NCBI GenBank assembly: GCA_903836515.1
Contig: CAILQW010000005.1
Span: forward strand, 3,280-67,279
Length of the DNA: 64,000 nt
Source of the DNA: Candidatus Omnitrophota bacterium
Lineage (GTDB): Bacteria > Omnitrophota > Gorgyraeia > Zapsychrales > Fredricksoniimonadaceae
Direction of reading: 5' to 3'
The translations under genes were made by a program, and so were the position numbers. Within the stretch, counting starts at the first letter, position 1. Each line of letters begins with the position of its first letter. Shown piece after piece: positions 8,940 through 17,963 of the stretch. A model generated the notes under the pieces. That model did no database searches and was not told where the DNA came from. It worked only from the letters and a program-made list of their open reading frames with translations.

Positions 8940-10326
8940 AAAAAAAGACAGCATTATCACGGCGGCATGGGTTTTCGTGGGCCTGTTTCTTTTCTGCCTG
9001 GCCTCGGGTTTTTCCCTGCTCATCCCGCTGTTGTTGGTGTTCTACGGATGCCATCTGGCGATGTTCCGCGGCGTGCAGGCGTCGCGTTTTTTGCATCTGG
9101 GTCTCTTGTTGACGATCCTGGTGGCCACCGGACACGCCATGACGGAGTATTCGCGTTTTTCACCGTATTATATTCCCGTGGCCGCGGTGTCCATGCTGAC
9201 CATGCTGTTGTTCAACGATTTTCAGCTTGCTTTTTCCATGTCGTTTATGTCTGCCGCTGTTTTAAGTCTTTCGCTGGGGTTTCCCCTCGATGATTGCCTG
9301 ATCATGTTCATGGGCGGGTTGACCGGCGCTTATCTTGTCCGGGATGCGCGCACCCGGGGGCGGGTGCTGGCTGCCGGGCTTGTGGTCGGGGTGGTGCAGG
9401 CGTTTGCGTTCTTGCTCGTGCATCCGTCTTTTTCCCGGGAAATCGTTTATCACGGGATGCGCCCGTTCTTGATCAGCGGCATCATGGCCTCGGCTGTCGT
9501 GCTGGCGACACTCAAGATATTCGAAAGCCTCTTCGGGGAACTGACGCATTTCAGCCTGCTTGAGCTTTCGGATTCACTCACCCAGCCCTTGCTCAAGCGT
9601 CTGGCCTTCGAGGCGCCCGGGACCTATCACCACAGCCTTGTTCTCAGCAACATCGCCGGGGCCGCGGCCGACGCCATCGATGCCAATGCCCTGCTGGTGC
9701 GGGTGGGCGCATACTATCACGACATCGGTAAACTGGTGAAGCCGGAATATTTCAACGAGAACCAGATGATGATCGACAACAAGCACGACACACTCGAACC
9801 CTCGATGAGCCGCCTGGTTATTCTTAACCATGTGAAGGAAGGCGTGGAGATCGCGCGCAAGCATAAGCTCAGCCCGCGGCTGGTCGATTTTATCCAGCAG
9901 CATCACGGCACGAGCCTCATCCATTATTTTTATCAGAAAGCCCTTGCCGCCGACGATACGGATTCGGTGCAGGAAGAAAATTACCGTTATGCCGGCCCGA
10001 AGCCCCAGACGAAGGAGGCCGCGATCATCATGCTGGCCGATTCGGTGGAAGGCGCCACACGCTCCCTGGATGAGCATACGCCCGCCAGGATCAGCGACCT
10101 TGTCCGCAAGGTCATCAACAATAAATTCATCGACGGGCAGCTCGACGCATGCAACCTGACCTTGCGCGAGATCGAGGCCATCTCCGGCGTTTTTGCCCGC
10201 GAGCTCTCCGCCATGTACCATGTGCGCGTAAAATATCCCCATGCCAAAAAGTCAAATGGACATCAGAGTAAGCCTTCTGCGGACCAGGATCCCTCTGTCG
10301 CCGACGAAGATCAGGCAGGCCGCTGA
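8920..10326 (+). CDS. 7TM receptor with intracellular HD/HDIG phosphohydrolase domain (7TMR-HD family)
   Basis: Multiple N-terminal TM helices and a C-terminal HD domain (HHSLVLSNIAG...YYHDIGK...HHGT). The exact start is uncertain; the ORF overlaps the ybeZ 3' end. Confidence 0.8.
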   Translation: MIDTINRKKDSIITAAWVFVGLFLFCLASGFSLLIPLLLVFYGCHLAMFRGVQASRFLHLGLLLTILVATGHAMTEYSRFSPYYIPVAAVSMLTMLLFNDFQLAFSMSFMSAAVLSLSLGFPLDDCLIMFMGGLTGAYLVRDARTRGRVLAAGLVVGVVQAFAFLLVHPSFSREIVYHGMRPFLISGIMASAVVLATLKIFESLFGELTHFSLLELSDSLTQPLLKRLAFEAPGTYHHSLVLSNIAGAAADAIDANALLVRVGAYYHDIGKLVKPEYFNENQMMIDNKHDTLEPSMSRLVILNHVKEGVEIARKHKLSPRLVDFIQQHHGTSLIHYFYQKALAADDTDSVQEENYRYAGPKPQTKEAAIIMLADSVEGATRSLDEHTPARISDLVRKVINNKFIDGQLDACNLTLREIEAISGVFARELSAMYHVRVKYPHAKKSNGHQSKPSADQDPSVADEDQAGR

Positions 10327-10678
10327 GGCATTCTTGGCCCACAGCGGTGTCGCAGCGGCGGAGCTTTCCATTGTCTTTGTTCCGGGCCGCGTTATCCGCA
10401 GGCTGAACAAGTCCAGCCTCGGGCATGATTATGTGACGGATGTCATCACTTTCGATTTAAGCGATGGATCGAACGCCGGGCATGTGGACGGCGAGATCTA
10501 TCTTTGCCCGGATGAGGCCCGGCGCAACGGGCGCGCGTACGGCGAACCTGTGGCGCGCGAGCTGTTGAGGTATGTGGCGCACGGGATACTCCATCTTTTG
10601 GGGCAGGATGACGCCACACCACGACAACGGGCATCCATGCAAGCCAGGGAAGATGCCTTGCTTGCCCTGATCGCGTAG
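10241..10678 (+). CDS. ybeY: rRNA maturation endoribonuclease YbeY
   Basis: 145 aa with the zinc-binding motif HGILHLLGQDD and a conserved ELSIVFV...DVITFD core. Overlaps the 3' end of the preceding gene in another frame. Confidence 0.85.
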   Translation: MPKSQMDIRVSLLRTRIPLSPTKIRQAAEAFLAHSGVAAAELSIVFVPGRVIRRLNKSSLGHDYVTDVITFDLSDGSNAGHVDGEIYLCPDEARRNGRAYGEPVARELLRYVAHGILHLLGQDDATPRQRASMQAREDALLALIA

Positions 10679-10693
10679 GAGCGCGGATATCCT

Positions 10694-11431
10694 GTGGCCA
10701 TTATTTCGACTGAAGCTGTTGTTTTAAGGACCGTGCCGCTGCGTGAGACCAGCATGATCGCGTTTTTGTTTACCCGTTCTCACGGCAAGGTGAACGGCGT
10801 CCTTAAAGGCATCCGCAAAGATCCCCGCAAGTTCCGCACCAGCCTCGACAAACTTTCCGTCAATGATATCGTCTTTTACCAGTACCGCAACAGCGACATC
10901 CATCTCGTCAGCCAGTGCGACATGAAGGAGCATTTCCCCGCCATACGCCTCGACATCAAGCGCATGACCGCCGGAGAGTATGCCTGCGAACTCCTTAACA
11001 AGATCATGCCAGTGGAGCAGAAGAACGCGGGGGTTTACACGCTGCTATTGGACTATTGCCGGGCACTCGGGGAGGCTCGCGATCCGGGGCGGCTGGTCCA
11101 CATGTTCCAGATCAAGCTTCTGGCGCTGTCGGGTTTCCGGCCGCACATCGACTCCTGTGTCCAGTGCGGCTGTGCTGTGAGCGGGAAAGTCAAGTTCAGC
11201 ACACGCCAGGGCGGCCTGGTGTGCCCGCGCTGTGAACGCAAAGAGATCGGCCTTGTGCCGGTATCCTCCGGGGCGCTGGCATCCCTGCTTTACGTGGAAA
11301 ACCATCCCTGGGACCAGTGCCTGAAATTGTCCCTGACCCCTTCTGTCAGGAAGGAACTCAAACATATATTGAACAATTTTTTGATTTATCATCTTGAAAA
11401 GAATATTAAATCAGCGAAGTATCTTGAATAA
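10694..11431 (+). CDS. recO: DNA repair protein RecO
   Basis: 245 aa, GTG start. N-terminal OB fold and C-terminal Cys4 zinc motif (CVQCGC...CPRC) typical of RecO. Confidence 0.85.
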   Translation: MAIISTEAVVLRTVPLRETSMIAFLFTRSHGKVNGVLKGIRKDPRKFRTSLDKLSVNDIVFYQYRNSDIHLVSQCDMKEHFPAIRLDIKRMTAGEYACELLNKIMPVEQKNAGVYTLLLDYCRALGEARDPGRLVHMFQIKLLALSGFRPHIDSCVQCGCAVSGKVKFSTRQGGLVCPRCERKEIGLVPVSSGALASLLYVENHPWDQCLKLSLTPSVRKELKHILNNFLIYHLEKNIKSAKYLE

Positions 11432-11567
11432 AAGGTATATGTTAGGGCATTTTTGGCGTTTCCGTCAGGAAACGTTTTCCCGATAAGCGCCCCCTTGGCC
11501 TCTTTTCACGCCCCCCGTCATTTATACTTCTCTCAACAGTCGGATATGTTGCTGTCAGGGAGGGGTT

Positions 11568-14276
11568 ATGAGGCATCTGCGCAAATTCATCATTGTGTTC
11601 GTTCTCGCGGCTTTTGCTGCGGCGTCGGTTACACCGCCGGCCCGTGCCCAGGGGATTGCTCTGCCCCCGGTGAATGAAGCGCTGGCCTTGACTCCGGCCT
11701 TTCAGCCCTGCCTGCTGCGCGGGCTGAAACTTGATGCCCGTTCGCCTTTCAATTTTGAATTCGTCCTGGATAGCGGCAATACGGCGCTGGAAGGGGATGC
11801 GTTCAAGGCCGAATCCGACATGCTCATCCGCTTTTTCCTCGCGGCGCTCACAACCCCTGAGAAAGATATCTGGGTCAACTTGTCGCCCTACGAGAACAAC
11901 CGTATCGTGGACGATGATTTCGGGCGCACCACCATGGGGCGCGAACTGTTGGCCCAGGATTATATCCTTAAACAGCTCACTGCATCCTTGATGCACCCCG
12001 ATACAGCGCTCGGTAAAAAATTCTGGGACAAGATCTATGATGAGGCCTGGAAAAAATACGGCACCACGGATGTCCCGATCGACACGTTCAACAAGGTCTG
12101 GATCATGCCCGCCAGCGCGGTGGTGCATGAAGGCAAAGACACCGGCGCGGAGCGGGGTGCCCGGAACCTGAGCGCTTTTATCGATGAGGCGCATTTGAAG
12201 GTGATGCTGGAAACGGATTATATGGCCGCGGAGAAAGCGGTTGTGCTGCAGGACCAGGCACCGGCGGCTGACAAGGACACGCGGGAAATATCCCAGAAAA
12301 TCGTCCGCGACATCATCTTGCCCGCACTGGAAAAAGAAGTGAACGAGGGGAAGAATTTTGCGCGCTTGCGCCAGGTGTATTATGCGCTCCTGTTGGCCGT
12401 CTGGCTCAAGAAAAAACTGAAGACCGCCGCGGTCAAGGCCGGGGAAGTGAAGAAGAAAGACAATATCCTGTCCTTGATCTTTGTGGATCATAAAAAGACA
12501 GGCGGCATCGAAACCGCTGATCCCCGCGCCGAGATCAACGGGGTGTACGCCCTGTATGTTCAGGCGTTCAAGGAAGGGGTTTACAATCTCATCAAGGAAG
12601 ATTACGACAAGAACTCCGGTGAGCTCATCCCGCGCAAGTATTTCTCGGGGGGTTTTGCCGCAGATGGGGCCGAGGCCGTGATCGATGCGGCAGTCAAAAA
12701 GGGAGAAAGGATGGCTCCTTTGTTTGAGTCCAACGGGGGGCTCCACAACCTTGCCGTGTTGTTACAACCTGCGGCAAAACGACTTCAACGTCAGAAGGAT
12801 GTTTTTAGGCGGACCGTCACTGGGATCATGATCGTCCTGGGGCCTATGACCAGTATTTCCCAGGCATTCGGCACGATCGCCGCCACACCGGATAATTTAT
12901 ATTTGCGTCAGCAGAGCCGTACGGTTGTTGAGAATATTTCTGATTGGCAGATTAGAATTCCTCCCGGGTTGACCCAGGAAGATGAAACAACGGGCATGAC
13001 ACGGCAGTCACGGCATGAACAGGACCGGCAGATCGTGGATACGGCGTTAACCCAGGTGCTGTCCCGTGTGAATGCCATTTATGCGGACAAAGGCTGGAAA
13101 TTGTTCACGGAAGATGGCGTCATGAAGAAGATGCGACTTTCCAGAGAACAGCTGACCCAGGCCTTGCGTAACGGTTATGACAAGACAACGCACCTTAAGA
13201 AAATCATGTCATATGATACTTTTGTTAATACTTTCTTCGCCATCGTTTGGAAAGAATCGACATTTGAAGCTAATAAGTACAAGCATCGTTCAACGGCTAC
13301 AGGGTTAGTGGGGGTTATGGCGAAGTTATCAAACGGTGGCAACATGAAGAACCCGCTGGAAAATATCGCCAGGGCGTTTGAATTGTGGGATGAGCAAGCC
13401 GGAGATTTGGATCAATATAACAAGAAGTACGGGAGTTCAAAGGCTGCGGCCCTGGCGAGGATGTTGTGCGGGGAGCTGAATGAACGCGATCATCGCAACA
13501 GGCTGCACAGGTTGTCTGTTGGCCCTGAAATGGCGAAGTACTTTCTCAATGAAGATGGCGCATTGAATGATCAAGCCAGGCATATTATTTACTTGATTGA
13601 ACATTATGCGGGGTTGAAAAGCCTGACGGCCATCATGGCGACATTGAAGAATGTATATGATATCGATCAAAAGGGCAAGGTTGTGTCAACGGCGAAACCA
13701 TCGGGATATGTTGTCTTGATCCTTAATACTGCCGGTGTCAAGGGGGATGGATCGCGGTTTATTGTGCTTCACAGCCTGGACAAAGAAAATGCATCGGCGT
13801 ATTTATTGGCGAAAAATACAGCGGCGCCTCAGATTAATTCATCTTCAACAGAGCCGCAGAGACTGCCATCTTTTGATGCAGACAAGGGCTCAATTTTTCA
13901 GTATTTATTAACAGCATGGTCCAGGATTTATTCTTCCTCCGAAAGACAGAAGGATCAGCCATGGCGATGGGCCATGGATCCGCGGCAGCCTAAAAGCCCC
14001 AATATGGCTGATCGGCTCGATCCGCTTGGCCCGTTTCTGGCAGACAATGCGTCGATTTCAAACACTGGTGGTATTGACCTTAAGACCGGGGCCATGGACC
14101 TGTTGATGCGCGGCCAGGGGGGCGATATTGCCTTTGAACTGACCCCCGCCCAGATCGACATGCTCCGTCAGGGGGTCAGCGGCTTCGTGCCTGTCATCCT
14201 TGACGTCAAACCCATGGGAAGCCTGCCGCTGTTTATGGGGATGGAGAGCGGGAATAGCGGCGCAGCCGCCGCATGA
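11568..14276 (+). CDS. Secreted hypothetical protein (902 aa), no domain recognised
   Basis: Clear signal peptide (MRHLRKFIIVFVLAAFAAASVTPPARAQG) and a long uninterrupted ORF. The minus-strand ORF 11442-12746 is treated as its antisense shadow. Confidence 0.6.
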   Translation: MRHLRKFIIVFVLAAFAAASVTPPARAQGIALPPVNEALALTPAFQPCLLRGLKLDARSPFNFEFVLDSGNTALEGDAFKAESDMLIRFFLAALTTPEKDIWVNLSPYENNRIVDDDFGRTTMGRELLAQDYILKQLTASLMHPDTALGKKFWDKIYDEAWKKYGTTDVPIDTFNKVWIMPASAVVHEGKDTGAERGARNLSAFIDEAHLKVMLETDYMAAEKAVVLQDQAPAADKDTREISQKIVRDIILPALEKEVNEGKNFARLRQVYYALLLAVWLKKKLKTAAVKAGEVKKKDNILSLIFVDHKKTGGIETADPRAEINGVYALYVQAFKEGVYNLIKEDYDKNSGELIPRKYFSGGFAADGAEAVIDAAVKKGERMAPLFESNGGLHNLAVLLQPAAKRLQRQKDVFRRTVTGIMIVLGPMTSISQAFGTIAATPDNLYLRQQSRTVVENISDWQIRIPPGLTQEDETTGMTRQSRHEQDRQIVDTALTQVLSRVNAIYADKGWKLFTEDGVMKKMRLSREQLTQALRNGYDKTTHLKKIMSYDTFVNTFFAIVWKESTFEANKYKHRSTATGLVGVMAKLSNGGNMKNPLENIARAFELWDEQAGDLDQYNKKYGSSKAAALARMLCGELNERDHRNRLHRLSVGPEMAKYFLNEDGALNDQARHIIYLIEHYAGLKSLTAIMATLKNVYDIDQKGKVVSTAKPSGYVVLILNTAGVKGDGSRFIVLHSLDKENASAYLLAKNTAAPQINSSSTEPQRLPSFDADKGSIFQYLLTAWSRIYSSSERQKDQPWRWAMDPRQPKSPNMADRLDPLGPFLADNASISNTGGIDLKTGAMDLLMRGQGGDIAFELTPAQIDMLRQGVSGFVPVILDVKPMGSLPLFMGMESGNSGAAAA

Positions 14277-16433
14277 TCATTGCGCCTGTCGCAAAATATC
14301 CTTGGCCAGCGCCGGGCCGATGCCTTTGAGCTTGCCGATCTTGTCTTCGGATGAACCCTTCAGGTCCGCTACGCGCTGGTAGCCGTGGTCAAAGAGGATG
14401 CGGGCGCGGATGCGGCCGATGCCCTTGAGCCCGGCCAGTTCGAGCAGTTCTTCCTTGATCCCGTAACGCACACGGTTCTTCAAGCCTTCCAGGAAATGGG
14501 ATAATTTGTTGAACTGGTAGACTTCAGCGATAGATTGCGCGGCGTAGACGAGCCACTGCGCAGATTCCGTATGGCGGAAAATGTCGCCGGGCCCGATGTC
14601 GAAGCGTTCGCACACATCCTCTTCCTTTTCCTCATCCATCCAGCGCAGGAGCATCCAGACAGTCTTCAGCACGCCCAGCGAGGTGTAGTAGTCCTGCAGG
14701 GACTGGATGTCCTCGCGGGTCAGGGCCAATTCATCGGCCACCTTGTTGCCAAAGTCTTCCAGATCTTCCAGGCCCTTTTTACCCACCGACAGCCGTTCGC
14801 TGTCAGGGCAGGAGCAGACCAGATGGAGGATGCCGATCGACGAAAAGTTCGTTCCTGCGGCGATGCGGGCCAGGCCCTTTTTAAGGACCAGGCCGGAGAC
14901 AGGGTCGATGTAAAGGCGGCTGACCCTGGCACCAAAAGGTGTGGGGAAGAAGCGGAACCCGCTTTTGTCGATGAATTTCTCGCGGTGAAGAAAATCGAAG
15001 ATGTTGCCCACGAGTTCGATCAGGTTGGCGCTTTTGTGCTGGTGGGCCAGGAAGGTGTGCTCCAGGAATTCGAACATCCCGTTGACATCGTGCACATACC
15101 CGCCCGCCACTGACGCCAGGACATGACGTCTGAGCTGGGCTTCATCGGAAAGTTTCGAGATCACCGGTTCGGGCGGAGCCAGGATAAAGCGTTCAAAGAG
15201 GGCGTCCTGTTCCGCCAGGGACCGCGCGATCAACACCGCTTCGCCATATTCATCGTATTGCGGACGGCCCGCACGGCCCGCGCACTGCTTGTATTCGGAG
15301 GCGGGGATAAAGACCGAACCGGCTCCCGAGGCGTAGCGCTTGGTGTCGCGGATGATGGCCCGGCGCGCAGGAAGGTTGACGCCGGCAGCCAGTGTCGGTG
15401 TGCAGCAGATCACCTTGATGATATTCTTTTTAAAATTTTCTTCAATGGCTTCACGCTGATCCGGCTTGAGGCCCGCGTGGTGAAAGGCCACACCGTGCAG
15501 TACGACTTCAGCCAGTTTTTTGCAGACCTTGGTCGCATCAGTTCCTGAACCTGCATCCGCGGCGATCTTTTTCAGATGGCCGCATTCATCGGGGGAGAGC
15601 AGGGGGTCTACCCACCGGCAGAGCTCGCGGGCCACAGCCTGGGTCGAGCGCCGGGAATTGACAAAGACCAGGGCCTGCCCTTTGCCGCGCAGGGTGTCCA
15701 TCACGAGTTGCTGGACCTCGTCGGGTGCGTCTTCGGTGATGACGCGGACATGGCCATTCTCGTAGGTGAGGCGGTTGTTGTAATAGACGCCTTCGTTGAG
15801 CGGGATCGGCCGCCAGCTGCTGACTACCGCTTTGGCGTCCAGCCAGTCGGCCATTTCCTTGGAATTGGCCACGGTGGCCGAAAGGGCCAGCACTTGCATC
15901 CCGGGATTCATGAGGCGGATACGGGTGATGAGGATCTCCAGGGTTGGGCCTCGGCTGACGTCGTTGATGACATGGATTTCATCAAAGACGGTGACCGCCA
16001 GGCCGTTGACCAGCCACGGAGCCCGCGCGCGCAGGAGAGAGTCCACTTTCTCGGCGGTCGCGATCACGATCTGGTAATCCTTCAGGTAGGCCGAAGGGGA
16101 GTCCAGGTCGCCGATGGCGATGCCGACCTTGATCCCCAGCGGTTCATATTTTTTCTTGAAGTCGCGGTATTTTTCACTGGCCAGGGCCTTGAGGGGGGCG
16201 ATGTAGAGGCAGCGACCGCCTTTTTCAAAGACAGCCTTCAGCATGGCCAGTTCCGCGATCAGGGTCTTGCCTGAAGCGGTCGGAACCGCAAGAACGACAT
16301 TGGCGCCCTCCAGCACGCCGGCATGGATGGCGTCGGCCTGGGGCGGATGGAGCATGGTGATGCCGCCGGCAAGAAGTGCGCTGCGATAGGCCGGGGGGAA
16401 ATTGTGCCGTGTCAGAAGTTCATCAAAACGCAT
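14277..16433 (-). CDS. Hel308/Ski2-like superfamily 2 DNA helicase
   Basis: 718 aa. Motif I (AVPTASGKT), motif II (DEIH), a winged-helix/ratchet region and a C-terminal helix-hairpin-helix ([17 protein letters not shown]...[12 protein letters not shown]). This architecture matches archaeal Hel308/Hjm. Confidence 0.85.
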   Translation of the reverse strand: MRFDELLTRHNFPPAYRSALLAGGITMLHPPQADAIHAGVLEGANVVLAVPTASGKTLIAELAMLKAVFEKGGRCLYIAPLKALASEKYRDFKKKYEPLGIKVGIAIGDLDSPSAYLKDYQIVIATAEKVDSLLRARAPWLVNGLAVTVFDEIHVINDVSRGPTLEILITRIRLMNPGMQVLALSATVANSKEMADWLDAKAVVSSWRPIPLNEGVYYNNRLTYENGHVRVITEDAPDEVQQLVMDTLRGKGQALVFVNSRRSTQAVARELCRWVDPLLSPDECGHLKKIAADAGSGTDATKVCKKLAEVVLHGVAFHHAGLKPDQREAIEENFKKNIIKVICCTPTLAAGVNLPARRAIIRDTKRYASGAGSVFIPASEYKQCAGRAGRPQYDEYGEAVLIARSLAEQDALFERFILAPPEPVISKLSDEAQLRRHVLASVAGGYVHDVNGMFEFLEHTFLAHQHKSANLIELVGNIFDFLHREKFIDKSGFRFFPTPFGARVSRLYIDPVSGLVLKKGLARIAAGTNFSSIGILHLVCSCPDSERLSVGKKGLEDLEDFGNKVADELALTREDIQSLQDYYTSLGVLKTVWMLLRWMDEEKEEDVCERFDIGPGDIFRHTESAQWLVYAAQSIAEVYQFNKLSHFLEGLKNRVRYGIKEELLELAGLKGIGRIRARILFDHGYQRVADLKGSSEDKIGKLKGIGPALAKDILRQAQ

Positions 16434-16559
16434 AAGTGGTCATCATTCTAGTCCGGGGTTCCCGGGGCGTCAATTATTATCCGGCATTTAGGGCGTTGAC
16501 AAACCGTGAATTCTGGCGAAAATGAGTGCTGGCGATCAAGCCACCAACACGGAGGTATT

Positions 16560-16955
16560 ATGCAGCTGCCTTTAGAATTGATCATGAAGAACGTTGAACA
16601 TAAAGAAGAGATCGAAGCGGTCGTCCAGGAGAAGCTGGGGAAGCTGGAGCATTCCTGCGATCATATCATCAGCTGCCGCGTTTTTATCGAGCAGAATCCG
16701 ACGCACCAGCATGCCCGGCACACGTATCATGTGCGCATCGATGTGCGCATGCCGCCGCACCACGAGATCGTGGTCAAGCGCGATTCGGGCCGCAATGTCC
16801 ACGACAATCTTCCTGCGGTGGTGCGCGACGCCTTTTTGGCTGTCAGGCGCCAGGTCGAGGTGATCGTCGACCGTCAGAAAAAGAAGGTCAAGTCCCATAC
16901 GCTCGCGCACATGATCCCTGCACGCCTGCGCAAGGCGCTCAGGATGGAAGAATAG
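16560..16955 (+). CDS. hpf: Ribosome hibernation promoting factor / RaiA family
   Basis: GGAGG RBS then ATG at 16560. The short protein matches the HPF/YfiA pattern (N-terminal MQLPLELIMKNVEH, charged C-terminal tail). Confidence 0.8.
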   Translation: MQLPLELIMKNVEHKEEIEAVVQEKLGKLEHSCDHIISCRVFIEQNPTHQHARHTYHVRIDVRMPPHHEIVVKRDSGRNVHDNLPAVVRDAFLAVRRQVEVIVDRQKKKVKSHTLAHMIPARLRKALRMEE

Positions 16956-16999
16956 GGCTGTGACTGTCAGGGGCGGGCCTGGTTCCGCCCCTGCATGTT

Positions 17000-17707
17000 A
17001 TGAACCTGATCCTTCTTTTTCCTTCTGATTTTGTTCCCGGGACAACCAGGGCTGTTCTCTCCGGACGGCGGCACACGCATGTGCGCGCGATCCATCGTGC
17101 GTCGGCGGGGGATGTTCTTGTGGTGGGCTGTGCCGACGGGCGTACCGGGGAGGGCCGGATCTTCAGCCTGACAGACCGGGAGCTTGTGATCGATGTGGCC
17201 CTGGCCGCGGAGCCGCCGTCCAAGATCCCTGTGGTATTGGCTGTGGCGCTTATGCGCCCGCCCGTTTTCCGGCGGGTCCTGCAAACAGCCGCGGCCATGG
17301 GGGTGAGCGCGATCCATGTGTTTAATTCCTGCCGTGTCGAGAAAAGTTTCTGGCAAAGCACGGCCCTCGACGAGGCTGACATCCGGGATCAGCTGATCCT
17401 CGGTCTGGAGCAGGCGCGCGACACGCTGATCCCTGCGGTGACGTTTCACAAGCGTTTCAGGCCCTTTGCGCAGGATGTCCTGCCCGGTCTTCTTAACGGC
17501 CGCTGCGGGATTGTGGCCGACCCTTCCGGGGGGCTCCTGGGGCTGCCGGCGCCAGGGCCTAAGGTCCTTTTGATCGGGCCCGAGGGCGGATTTATTCCCG
17601 ATGAACTTGATGCCTTTCGCCTGGCCGGGTGTTCGGTGGCCGGGCTGGGCCCCCGTATCCTTCGTGTCGAAACTGCTGTGGCTGCGTTCCTTTCCCGTCT
17701 TCTTTGA
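17000..17707 (+). CDS. rsmE: 16S rRNA (uracil1498-N3)-methyltransferase RsmE
   Basis: 235 aa. N-terminal PUA-like domain and C-terminal SPOUT knot motif (LLIGPEGGFIPDEL...GPRILRVETA). Confidence 0.85.
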   Translation: MNLILLFPSDFVPGTTRAVLSGRRHTHVRAIHRASAGDVLVVGCADGRTGEGRIFSLTDRELVIDVALAAEPPSKIPVVLAVALMRPPVFRRVLQTAAAMGVSAIHVFNSCRVEKSFWQSTALDEADIRDQLILGLEQARDTLIPAVTFHKRFRPFAQDVLPGLLNGRCGIVADPSGGLLGLPAPGPKVLLIGPEGGFIPDELDAFRLAGCSVAGLGPRILRVETAVAAFLSRLL

Positions 17708-17859
17708 TTCATGTTGAAAGAAATGGACAAGTTTAGCGCATCCAATTTTTCGCCTGCCTTATCGCGGCACCCTTCCGGCTTCTCTCGAGGCTTGCGAGCC
17801 CCTCGTTCCAGGCGGAAAGGCACCCGGCGCTTGGCGCGGCGAAAACATAGGGCGCTAAA

Positions 17860-17963
17860 CATGAACAAAAAAATCAAGAATTCAATTTAAGGATAATTTC
17901 TATTTGTTAATATGAAATTGGTAAAATTATTCCTAAATCGTTTAATATGAGTATTAATACTAA
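17860..17963 (+). promoter_or_regulatory. AT-rich island (over 75% AT) immediately upstream of the giant gene; likely promoter/UP region
   Basis: About 100 nt of A/T-rich sequence (aatttaaggataatttctatttgttaatatgaaattggtaaaattattcc...) in an otherwise roughly 60% GC context. No -35/-10 pair could be picked confidently. Confidence 0.3.

Noticed and set aside
8172-10242. Minus-strand ORFs 8172-9023 (283 aa) and 9574-10242 (222 aa)
   Set aside because: Antisense to ybeZ and the 7TM-HD gene; low-complexity translations.
11442-12746. 434-aa minus-strand ORF overlapping the 5' end of the 902-aa secreted protein gene
   Set aside because: The + ORF is longer and begins with a textbook signal peptide. 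The minus ORF would also run into the recO 3' region. It was not fully excluded (see finding).
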